Source: Nemertoderma westbladi (lineage: Eukaryota; Animalia; Xenacoelomorpha). From it: a stretch of DNA of 33,339 nucleotides. Below the pieces are notes generated by a model. It ran no database searches, was not told where the DNA came from, and worked only from the letters and a program-made list of their open reading frames with translations. The translations under genes were made by a program, and so were the position numbers. Below, piece by piece: positions 23,039 to 33,339 of the stretch. The stretch is taken from assembly GCA_032718475.1 (NCBI GenBank), contig JAUCBJ010001797.1, forward strand, positions 1-33,339. Reading direction: 5' to 3'. Position 1 is the first letter of the stretch, and each line of letters starts with the position of its first letter.

Positions 23039-23921
23039 CCAGCTGGTCTCGCACTGGGATCGTCAATGACCAATGAAACTGAAATATATTTTAATTTATT
23101 TTAAATACAAATTAATGTTTTTAAATATCTTGGTCTGGTTCTCAAAGTATTGAGAATGTGTTGTCTTTCAAGTTCTAACAATTTACTAGATTGTCTGGAT
23201 TCAAATAAATAATAATTATGATTCATGATTAATTAATAGGTCTATTTTCTATAATTCGGTGTAGTCATGGAATACTAAATATACACGGAACCGCATTAGT
23301 GTTATTTTTTCGGCCCCGAAATTTTTTTCAATAAAGTGGTAGTATATGCCATAGAAACCCCAGAAAAAAAATTTAAGCAAATTCGACCGGAGCGTTCTCG
23401 AGATATAATCCGTCAAAGTTTTCAAATTTGCCAACAAGAAATGCAGTGTTGGGGGCGATTTAAGCTTATTTGCGATATATTTCTATGGCAACAAGTAGTA
23501 CTGCCATTATTCTTGAACTGCGCTGTTGTAATATTGATGCGTTGGTTTGTCAACAATATTATTATTACCACAACTAGCTACAGCTGCACTATTTTAAAAC
23601 AATATTTTAACCGATAATTTTTCGATTACAATTAACCAGTAGGCCTACATCGCGGTAACCTTTAGTCTCGACACAGTAGGGCCTTCATTACTTCACTGGC
23701 TACACATAGTGAACTACAGTATCTACATCATGCCACGTACTTGTTTAGTTTGCAAGTCAAAAGACCTTTTGCACCGGTTTCCTATTGATGTTGCTGTTTG
23801 CAATGAATGGAAACAAGCGATTCGTCAGGGGCAGAATACGCCAGGTAAGGATTTTATTATTATATCATGCATGAAATGTTCTACGACATGTTATCTATTT
23901 GGTACTACTATAGTATGTGTG

Positions 23922-25050
23922 GGTACTACTATGTTATGGGTACCCACTTTTTAAACAAATTTTTTCATATGAAAATGGCTTTTATCATGAGGTTTTTTGT
24001 TCTAGAACAAATATTTAACCTTCTGCCAGTACGATGGTAGCTAGTAATTTTGATTTTGTGTTATAGCTAGTACTTTTTATTAGCTAGTGAAAAATATTAT
24101 AATTGAAAAATTAATTTGACCAACTTTTTTCTTGTAAAAATGTATTATTTTATTATGAGTTTTTTTTATCTAGAACAAATATTTGACCTTCTGACAGTAA
24201 GATGGTAGCTAGTACTTTTAATTTTGTGTTAGCTAGTACTATTTATTAGCTAGTAAATGTAAGATATACCGGTAATTTAATTCTCAATTATATATTTGCA
24301 TGGAATAATTTATGAGTCATGGCAGCTAGTAATTTTTATTTGATAGTCAAAGTAGCTAGTAATTATTCACTAGCTAGTTTTTTATATTTTATACAAAATA
24401 TAGGCAGATGTCAAAATAGAGTTTTTACATACTTTACTTATTTAGGCCTATTTTACTTATTACTGGATTTATTTATCCTTTTATTAGTCATTTCGAGAAT
24501 ATTGATGATATGGAAATTGTCTAAATAAAAGGGGCACTACAAAATTTCTTTTGTAATTTTAAGATCACTATCTACCTTTAAAAACACTAGCTACCATAAT
24601 AAAAAATAATAGCTAACCTCTCTCAGAAGGTGAAATAATTTATGTTCTAGAACAAAAAACCATCTTGATAATATCCATTAACATGGTCCAAAATATTATT
24701 TTGTAATTTTAAGATCACTAGCTACCTTTAAAAACACTAGCTACCTTAATAAAAAATAATAGGTAACCTCTCTCAGAAGGTGAAATTTATGTTCTAGAAC
24801 GAAAAACATCATGATATTATCCAATAATATGGTAAAAAAATTGATCAAAAATTAGGTACCAAAAATTTGGTTTTGCAATTTTAAAAACAGTAGCTACCTA
24901 AAAGAAATCACTAGCTACCATAAAAAAAACAATAGCTAACGTCTAACAGAAGATGACATTAATGTTATAAAATAAAAAACCTCAAGATAATAGCCATTAA
25001 CATTGTCAAATAAATGGTCAAAAAGTGGGTACCCATAACATAGTAGTACC
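23922..25050. mobile_element. Non-autonomous foldback DNA transposon (Merlin-like) inside the transposase intron
   Basis: Perfect 30-bp outer TIR GGTACTACTATGTTATGGGTACCCACTTTT, exact 9-bp TSD GTATGTGTG (23913-23921 and 25051-25059), and inverted subterminal blocks containing GTTCTAGAAC and TAGCTA. Confidence 0.8.
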
Positions 25051-25055
25051 GTATG

Positions 25056-25708
25056 TGTGTAGCCATGGTACAGCAAATTAATAAAATTTGTATGTCTTTT
25101 TATTTGGTTTTATTGCATTTTATTATGTTCTAGAACATTGGTGATTGTTCTAGAACCTTAGTAGACATTTTTTTCTGACATCTAGTAGTATTTTTTTTAC
25201 TAGCTAGTATTTTTGAAAATTAAAAAAAAATATATTTTATTTAGTGTTTTTTTAATATTGGAAAACATTTTAGAATCAATGTTTTCACATTTTTTTATAA
25301 TTTAAAAAAATACTAGCTAGTTAAAAAAACGGCTATCCGTATGAAACATGCGTATGCGTATGATCCTTAATCATTGTTACTATGGCTTCAATATTAGTTA
25401 GAGAACACCATATAAAAGTTATTTAACTATTCTAGAATAAAATAAAAAATAAAACGACCTAGAACATATAGCTAGTAATTTTTTAATTTTAAATTAGCTA
25501 GTAATTTAAAAAAAAATCATTTTCAACTTTTAACAATTTTATTGCCAAATATTTCAACATTTTTATAGTTTCAAAAGATACTAGCTCGTAAAAAAAACAC
25601 TTGCTACCATAAAAACAACGTATCTACTTATGTTCTATAACACTTTCCAATAATACAAATCGAAAAAATAAAAATTTTAATTTAAAAAATTGTCACACAA
25701 GCTACACC
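25056..25708. mobile_element. Degenerate related foldback element (TAGCTAG/GTTCTAGAAC family)
   Basis: 25560-25708 is an inverted copy of the block at ~31806-31960 and is partly inverted relative to 25130-25230. Boundaries are approximate and no TSD was confirmed. Confidence 0.45.
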
Positions 25709-28270
25709 TATGTTATAAAAATACTAGCTATCTTAAAAATTGCTAGCTACCTGAAACCATAACATTTATAATACTAAATTTAATACCAAATTTAAAAAAA
25801 AAAATTTTTAATACTACCGGTAGGTACCGATAGTTATTTAGAAATTATAAATTAGCTAGTAATACAAATTTTTTGAACATTTAATTGATTATTGATTCGA
25901 GTTTTTGTATTCAGTAGTAATTAGTTTACATTGCAATGTGAAATATAAATACTGGCACGGGCCTAGCCGTATTAATTATTTTAGATTAATATTTTTGTTA
26001 GGTCGAGAATTCGATTACGATAAAGATCGAATTTGTAAAGTTCACTTCGAGCCGAAGGATTTTATGATGAACAGAAATTTGCAGTTTCGAAGTTCCAATC
26101 TCAAAAAGGAATCAATTCCTTCAATATTTACATTGGCTGTGCCATTACCATCTCCACTACGAAAGTCACCAACTAAACGAAAAGTTGATCCAACACTATA
26201 CAACCTACTCGAAAATAGAAAATTAGTTGAAGAAGACAAATTAGAGTGGGAGTTGGGAAATATAAAGAAATGGATTGAAGACGAGGATGTTTTTAAGAAT
26301 AGAGAGGTACATGCGTGTAAGTGTGATGTTGAAAGTGAAGATGGAATTATGATTTATGAAATTTCCCCCGAAAATCTAAAACTGAATTACTTCCTTGATC
26401 TCAACGACGTACTTTATTGTTTCTCAAAATACCTCTAAAATACCCCTCGTTAATTTTAGCTATTTACCACGTAACAAAAGTGGGTATAATAAAGTTCAGA
26501 AGAAAAGTGTTTTGCTTAGGCTAATGAATGCGGTCAAGTTTCATTCATTGCCTAATTTTGACTCAGATTTCATGGAATTTCTAGACGAGTACCGCAATTA
26601 TAAAAAGATAGGAATATACCCCAAGAATATCATTAGAAAGTGTCTTATTCTACGTTATAAGAGCAGGAATGGATATAAAGAGCTCTTGAAGCTGATGCCG
26701 AACCTACCCAGCATTTCATTCTTTGAAAAGTTGACAAGAGGTGATGTAAAAGTTTATACACTTCTAAAGAGCATTGGTATGGATCAGAATGTTGTAATAT
26801 ACGCGGATGAAATTTACTTACAGAGAGAATCAATATTTAGTGCAGGAGGTATTATTGATTCACCAAAGACCCTGCTGGATATTATGGTAAGAGCTCTAAG
26901 TGGGGGAAATGGAATAATTGTCAAGTCAGTGCCATGTTACGAGACATTAACTGGAGACATGTTGATAAAAGAATTCAAGGAAGTTGTGAAACATTTAAAA
27001 GAGGCCGAGTTTCAGCCACGAGTGTTTGTTACTGATGGCCTTTCAGTTAATGTCAATGCTTACTCAAAGATTATATATGAACCAGAGCTTTGTGATATAA
27101 TTCCGTTGTTTGATTATAATCAACTCATGAAGAATACACGAAATAACTTATTTAACACCGGCATATTTTATCCTCCTGAATTTAAGTGGAGTTATATGAA
27201 TGACGTATTTCAAATAGGAGCAAATACTAAAGTGTCGATGTCTGATGTTCGTATGGTGTATCAGATGGATACAGAGAGAATTAATTGTGATTCTTCAGTC
27301 AATCTGCGAAAAGCCCACAAGCTGACATATGCAACAATCAACGTTGGAAAGCGCAAGCAAAACACCCAGCTTATGCTCAACCTGTACCATGATAGTACTA
27401 TCGATGCCCTCAGATGGTATTTGGGTGGTGGCACAGAGAACTTCCATAATGACACAGCTGATTACTTCCGTGTTATTAGACTCTTCTGGGAGTTTATGAA
27501 CTGTAAACATAATACGTCTAATCCTTACACAAGAACACTCAGTTGTTATGACAGTGAGCGGCAAAGTTTCCTTCAAACCTTCCTTGACTGGCTGACAAGG
27601 TGGAAGTCTTCAAATAAAGCAGGGTTGCTAAAACAATAAAGGTCCTAGATTTGGTCTTCAACATACTCGAATACCAATTATTTAACCTGGCAGTCCTTGG
27701 AGACGATGAAATTGAGTTACATTTCAGCAAATATCGCCAGATGTCGGGAGGTCGCTTCCTTGTAAGTCTGCGGGAAGCCACTAACTCAAACAAGATAATT
27801 CAAATCAAAGCAGCTCTACAATCCAACCAAGATGTCATTGACTGCCTTGATAAAACTAATAGTGAAGATATACGACCAATAATTACGAAACTATCAGCAG
27901 ATGATGATTTTGATATATTCGACGACGAATCTCTATTGATTATTTCAGACGTGGCTGGATGGGCAGTTCAGTCAATTCCTAATTCAGATGCGTTGTGTTC
28001 ATGTACCAGATGCGATCTAAAAGATAAATCCCAATCAAGTTCCACGAATATTCGCTACATTTCGTTTCGTGACAGAGGGGGATTGTGTTTTCCGAGTGAT
28101 GGATTTGTGCATCTTTGCTGCAATATATTTCACATATTGAAAAAATCATATCCCTTGGTAAACAACAAGAACAAAGCGAGTCGTCCAACATTACATAGAC
28201 TACTAGTAAACCAAATAGATACCACTGAAGTTGTCTGCTCTGAACACAGCGAGAAATTCAAACCAAACCA

Positions 28271-28520
28271 TTTCTACTACCACTGCCACCCTGGCTGTTG
28301 ACTCTACATCCATTGCCACCCTGGCTGTTGTTTCCGCTACCTACCACGTTGCCACCATGGCTGTTGTTTCTACTACCACTGCCACGTTGCCATGCTGGCT
28401 GTCATTTCTACTACCACTGCCACCCTGGTAGTTGTTTCTACTATCACTGCCACCCTGGTAGTTGTTTCTACTACCACTGCCACCCTGGCTGTTGACTCTA
28501 CATCCATTGCCACCCTTGGC
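28271..28520. repeat. 30-bp GC-rich minisatellite, about 8 copies
   Basis: Unit TTTCTACTACCACTGCCACCCTGGCTGTTG with variants. It accounts for the repetitive short ORFs at 28231-28656. Confidence 0.9.
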
Positions 28521-28527
28521 AGTACTG

Positions 28528-28560
28528 CTGAAGAGGCCTAAAGCCGGCCGAAACGCCGTT
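28528..28560 (+). ncRNA. Hammerhead ribozyme core (Penelope type), stem I not evident
   Basis: CTGAAGA-GGCC-TAAAGCC-GGCC-GAAA-CGCCG-TT gives a perfect core and stem II with a short ACG/CGT stem III. The flanks do not pair as stem I. Confidence 0.5.
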
Positions 28561-29240
28561 TCTATTAATGGTTTATTATTATTATACTGCATAAAGAATC
28601 AATTACATAGCCTCCCTATACATACTGTATATATTACATTATATAAAGTAGGATAGAATAAATTACTGTTTTCGACACATGTGAGCCACAATCACTACAG
28701 TACACCACAATATTATATTTAATTATAAATTGAATTGATATTAAATTGTATCAATAGGGGGTGGGGGGGGGGGGGGGGTGGGTGTAATATATAAAACTAA
28801 TAAAAGTGTCAAAATTAGCTTCCACAGCAGTGTTTATTTAAATATATTTAATATATATATATATTAATAGATTACCTCGTTGCTATAGTTACCTGTGCTA
28901 GAAATAAAAATAAATAGGATAAAAATAAATAGGGTAGTAGATGTAAAATAAAATTAATTCATGGCAAAACCTAGAAATTTTATGTTTGCCCGGTTTCCAT
29001 GGAAACGCTCCGGTCAAATTTGCTTAAATTTTTTTTCTGAGGTTTCTATGGCATATACTACCATTTTATTGAAAAAAATTTCGGGGCCGAAAAAATAACA
29101 CTAATGCGGCTCCGTGTATATTTAGTATTCCATGGTGTAGTGTAAATTTGCGTACCTGGGAATCAAAATTAGCCTGAAGTTCGTGATAAATTGCCAAAAA
29201 TTTCTACAAATTATACATATAAAATAATGTGGCCCATCCC

Positions 29241-29460
29241 TGTGGGGCGAGCGACGAAAGTAAGCGAGCTTAGCATACAGGTACCACTAACTCAATCAGT
29301 GTGTCTGTTGCTCTGTTGATCTGTTGTGTCCAATTTTAAACGTTAATAACTCAGCCAAATGTTAATGAAATTTAACCAAACTTGGTACACATGTAGTCTG
29401 GCCAAAGTTTAGAAATTTTCCAAGTTGAATTTTCGCGTGGACTTCGAGAAGCTAAGATAA
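29241..29460. repeat. Unclassified interspersed repeat fragment
   Basis: TGTGGGGCGAGCGACGAAAGTAAG matches the reverse complement of CTTACTTCGTCGCTCGCGCCACA at ~20663-20685 and is followed by a short CTGTTG repeat. Family not identified. Confidence 0.35.
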
Positions 29461-29723
29461 TAGCAGTTAATTAGTTAATTAAGTTGATTAGGGTAAAAAC
29501 ATCAATTTGAACCTGCCTCCTTAATAATGCCTTCTAATAACTGCCTTCTAATAATACCTATCGTACTGGAAAGCGAGATTTTGCAGATTGTTTGATAAAT
29601 TCGATATTTTCGTTGATCATTTCGTCTTTTTCGTTATTTTCGGGTTTTATAACTATCCTTCATTACTTACAAGAAACTGGAGATGGTAATTATTTCATTT
29701 AATACTTATGACATTGCTTTGTG

Positions 29724-30673
29724 TCAATCAATCTGGATCTTTAGCATTGTCCGTTCTAAATGATACCTCTTGCCATCATTTTTGTCGCACCATTGAGGAT
29801 ATAAAGTGTACTTGTTTCTTACTTGCTCGTTGCGATCTACTTCCCCATTGAGAGGGGCACATGTTTTACAATCTTTGTTGAACCACCAGCCACCTCCAAA
29901 TTTATACGGGGCACCATCTGAATGATCCTTTGTTTGGAATTTCATTCCGTTGATACTGTTTTGAACGCCGTTCGGATTAAACAAAGCATCAGACGCATTG
30001 CCGCTGTAGTCACCAATACTTAAGGAGTAGTCGTTGTTTTTTCCGTTTACTATGAATTGAGAATACTGTACGTAGCGTATTTGAAGCTCCGAACAAACCA
30101 TAAATCACATTTCAGTTTGGCCTTCTCAGACTTGGTTAACTGGAAGATGGTTTCCAGCCCTTTCCAGTAGCCTCTCTCGACCGTATCGAAGCCGGATACG
30201 TATTCACTCCAACCTACTTCAAAATGTTCTACGTTCTTGGCGTACAACATTATGTTAGGTCTGTATTGAATGACGATCCATTTTCCATCTTCATCGGAAT
30301 GGCACTTAACCTTTCCGTCATCTGTTTGAAGGCCAAAGGTTTCATTTATATCAATGTAGTAGGATTCGGAAGTATCTACTTGACAAAGGCTATGAATATC
30401 TGAGATATTTGTTGGAACACATGGCGTTCGTATTGGGCTAAGTCGGTTTACTAACAGAACAATGTCAGCAACTGCAACCCCTATAACTCCCAATGACAAT
30501 ATTACTATCACCACCCACCAAAGTCGAATGCGTTTACTAGTTTCATATTCCTCAACTTCTTCATCTAGAATTTGCACATCTTCATCCGGTTGTTCAATAT
30601 CTACTTCGGCGTTTTTATTCTTCTCTTTAACGATGTCTTTTTTCTTTCTCGGCGTGAGAAACCCGAGTCTTAT
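29724..30673 (-). pseudogene. Membrane-anchored fibrinogen-related domain (FReD) protein gene with an apparent frameshift
   Basis: The frame is open from 30673 with no ATG (a possible acceptor AG lies just upstream). It encodes a charged tail, a TM helix (LWWVVIVILSLGVIGVAVADIVLLV) and FReD motifs GKWIVIQYR, WSEYVSGF and YWKGLETIFQLT. After a frameshift near 30095 come YSLSIGDYSGNASDAL, NGMKFQTKD, GGGWWFN and LNG. Confidence 0.8.
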
Positions 30674-30875
30674 CTAATGTTATACGGTGCGTCAATCACA
30701 CGAAACCTATTTTTTTAATCGGCTCATATGGAGCGGTATGTGTCAGAATATGAACCAGAATCAGAATATCTCGGTTTATACATTTAATTTATTTTATTTT
30801 ATAGATCATAGTTATTAGATAAACAAAATGTTGGCTATTAATTATAAATAATGTTCTAGAACAAATATTTTTTTG

Positions 30876-31509
30876 GGATAGAGTTCCGTATAGAACTACA
30901 TTTTTAAAACATATATCATTGTTACTATGGCAATGATGAAGAGTTCTAGAACTATAGAAAATCAATATATACTATTCTAGAACATAAATAAAATATAAAA
31001 TATGTTCTAGAACATATAGCTAGTTTTTTTTTTAATTTAAAATAGCGAGTAAATAAAAAAAAAAATTTTTTTTGCATTCGATTGCCTTTAATAATTCCTT
31101 GTATCCATTCAATTTTCCCTTACGTATCTGACGTCTCCACAAGTATTCGGTAAGTTTTTCACATAATTTCTCTTGATAGGCATTGCACTCCTTGCACCAT
31201 GCTCTTGCGTCATAAATATTTCTAATTTTTAGCCTTACCTTTCTTTTAATCGCTTTGAGTTGACCTTTACTCTTTACATATTTACTGCTGTTTATTTACC
31301 GACTGCTGTTATACATTAAAATTTTTTTTTTATTACTAGCTATTTTAAATTTAAAAAATTACTAGCTATAATAATGTTCTAGAACAATAATTTTTCTATT
31401 TTATTTTTGTTATAGAATAGTGTATATTATATATTTTTTGTTCTAGAAGCTGTTGCCATGGTAACAATGATTTATGTTATAAAAATGTAGTTCTATAAGG
31501 AACTGTTAC
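30876..31509 (-). mobile_element. Merlin-like DNA transposon deletion derivative with a transposase C-terminal remnant
   Basis: ~190-bp imperfect TIRs (GGATAGAGTTCCGTA... / ...TAAGGAACTGTTAC) and an exact 9-bp TSD ATTTTTTTG (30867-30875 and 31510-31518). The internal minus-strand frame ~31292-31070 reads ...KLTEYLWRRQIRKGKLNGYKELLKAI, resembling the Merlin/IS1595-family C-terminus. Confidence 0.72.
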
Positions 31510-31960
31510 ATTTTTTTGTTCTAGAATATTTGTTGCTCGAATTTGCAATTATTATTAGCAATTTTGTAATTTTTTTAACATCAGATACACGATATCTCCT
31601 GGAATATAGTGTCGTTATTCAGGTACCTGCATGCACACCCACCCCCCCCCCCAAATTTTTCAACAAATGTTGATGAGATTGCATGGAAATTGAAACAGAA
31701 ATAGTTTCTTTCACCTCCCTCCTCCTTTTTGGGACAGCCAGAACTTTTATTTTTCCTTTCTTTATTTTGCTACAAGCGTTTTAAAAGGTGTCTCCGTTGG
31801 GCACTAGTATAGCTTGTGTTACCATTTTTGAAAATTTAAAAATACGGAAGTTTTTGCATTTGTGTTATTGGTAAGTGTGCTAGAACTTAGTAGATATGTT
31901 TTTTATGGTAGCTAGTGTTTTTTTTACTAGCTAGTATATTTTGAAATTATATAAAAAATG

Positions 31961-32632
31961 GGCTAGAGTTCCGTATGCAGTCGCATTTGAAATTTTGATA
32001 ATTAATTAATGAAATTATGTACTTTTTGCATAGTAATATTACCACCGATTTCATTGCACCATTTTTCAAAAAAATATTGTGTTTAGAACATTAACTAATC
32101 GACTAGCTAGTTATTTTTTGTTTTAATTTTTTGATACATGATTTATTATATATTAGGCCCTACATTTTTTTTTAAATTTAGAAAAATACTGCATTTTTTT
32201 GTGTTCTATAGAACATTAGCATATAGAATATATAAAACATATAGAACATTATTTACCATGTTTTTTTATGGTAGCTAGTGTTTTTTTTACTAGCTACAGT
32301 AGTATCTTTTGTAATTTAAAAAAAATGTGAAAACATTGATATTTCAGGTTTAAACTTTTGCAGAATATATTATTGACCAAAAATATTGACGGTATTATAG
32401 CAGTTTACATTTTTTGCATGGTAACAATGATTTATGTTATAAAAATGTAGATTTTTTTTAATTTCTAGCCATTTTAAAAATGAAAATGACTAGCTATATG
32501 TTCTAGAACATTGTATATTTTTTATGATCTAGAATAGTGTACAATAAATATGTTTTGTTCTAGAACTCTACATTGTTGCCCTGGTAACAATGATTTCTAT
32601 TTTAATAATGCGACTGCATACGGAACTGTTCC
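31961..32632. mobile_element. Second non-autonomous element of the same Merlin-like family
   Basis: Termini GGCTAGAGTTCCGTATGCAGTCGCATT / AATGCGACTGCATACGGAACTGTTCC (21-bp perfect inverted match) and a 9-bp TSD TAAAAAATG / CAAAAAATG (8/9 match). Confidence 0.72.
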
Positions 32633-33008
32633 CAAAAAATGTGAAAACATTGATATTTCAGGTTTAAACTGTTGCAGAATATATTAATGACCAAAAATAT
32701 TGATGATGATATTATAACAGTCTACATAGTGTATTGTACATTTTCAGTACTGCAGTACTCTGAGCAGTTTAGTTAAGTTACTAAATTCTGGTGTACCGGT
32801 ACCGTAGCTGACAGCTATGTGCAATATGGATGATTTGTTATAACATTATATGAATATTAACTGTGCATGGTGACGAAGGCAACTGTGGCATGTCAAATTT
32901 GTGGACATATTTTAGTGCAGCGAGACGAGGAAAGCATGATTCAGACAACGAACTAGTGTATGGTTCTTGTTTCCAAAGTTCTGCTAATACTATTTCGAAT
33001 AGGCCTAG

Positions 33009-33339
33009 CGATTGTGGCTACACTATCTGGCTACAATTGGTGAGATCAGTGAGTTGTTGGATCTCAAGTTGGCAAGATTGAAGGATGACTTTCGGGAAGA
33101 TTTAAAAACAGAGTTAATGGCTGAGTTGTCATCTTCTCTGAATGAGGAACTAGGTAGCAAAGTTGTACAGATAAGGAACGAATTAGATGGGGTTAAGAAA
33201 GAGCTCCAAACTTGTCACGAGATAATTCGACTGCAGCAAAAATTCGTGGAATCTATTGATTCTTGTCATCTCATAGCGCTCAGACTCGATGAACAAGTCG
33301 ACATTCTGGGTGAAAGTGACGATGCTAAAGACGTAAATG
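33009..33339 (+). other. Open frame resembling a LINE ORF1 coiled-coil region, runs off the window edge
   Basis: Stop-free frame ...ISELLDLKLARLKDDFREDLKTELMAEL...ELQTCHEIIRLQQKFVESIDS...LDE with a heptad pattern. The QQxFxExxD motif recalls L2/CR1-type ORF1. Possibly frameshifted from ATG 32890. Confidence 0.4.

Larger units (their letters stand above)
23730..28270 (+). pseudogene. Spliced THAP-domain P-element-type transposase, disrupted
   Basis: Exon 1 is 23730-23844 (MPRTCLVCK...FP...W). A phase-1 GT-AG intron spans 23845-26001. Exon 2 starts at 26002 (RICKVHF...LKKESIPSIF) and completes the C2CH THAP. Core motifs: YKELLKLMPNLPS, YADEIY, VTDG, FDYNQLMKNTRNN, DDEIELHFSKYRQMSG, VAGW, RGGLCFPS. 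There is a frameshift near 26415, a frameshift/deletion near 27635, and the 3' end runs into a tandem repeat. Confidence 0.88.
23266..29134 (+). mobile_element. P-superfamily (THAP) DNA transposon, defective, 5869 bp
   Basis: 131-bp near-perfect TIRs beginning CATGG (23266-23396 and 29004-29134), a 7-bp TSD GTGTAGT (23259-23265 and 29135-29141) and an internal THAP-transposase. Confidence 0.92.

Noticed and set aside
25905-26001. Predicted N-terminus of the 177-aa ORF
   Set aside because: It lies upstream of the splice acceptor at 26001; the real N-terminus is THAP exon 1 at 23730.
28231-28656. Cys/His-rich, Pro-rich and Gly/Asn-rich short ORFs
   Set aside because: They are translations of the 30-bp minisatellite in different frames.

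Overview
An AT-rich animal (probably invertebrate) genomic window dominated by repeats. A ~9.4 kb 34/38-bp satellite array (~466-14923) is split by an intact 5099-bp Ty3/Gypsy LTR retrotransposon of the CsRn1/Kabuki lineage. This element has apparently identical 221-bp LTRs, a 5-bp TSD and a single gag-pol ORF, and its polyprotein carries an unexpected two-helix hydrophobic module between protease and RT. Downstream are two minisatellites, a 5'-truncated RTE-like LINE, two intronless host genes (MRPL42-like, TP53I3/PIG3-like) and a hAT-type MITE. Next comes a 5.87-kb P-superfamily transposon with 131-bp TIRs, a 7-bp TSD and a spliced but frameshifted THAP-transposase. The window ends with a frameshifted membrane-anchored fibrinogen-domain gene, several nested Merlin-like foldback elements (GG termini, 9-bp TSDs) and a LINE ORF1-like frame. 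Two Penelope-type minimal hammerhead ribozyme motifs and many TA-flanked motifs resembling excision footprints are also visible. All family calls come from motif recognition by eye; no database searches were run.
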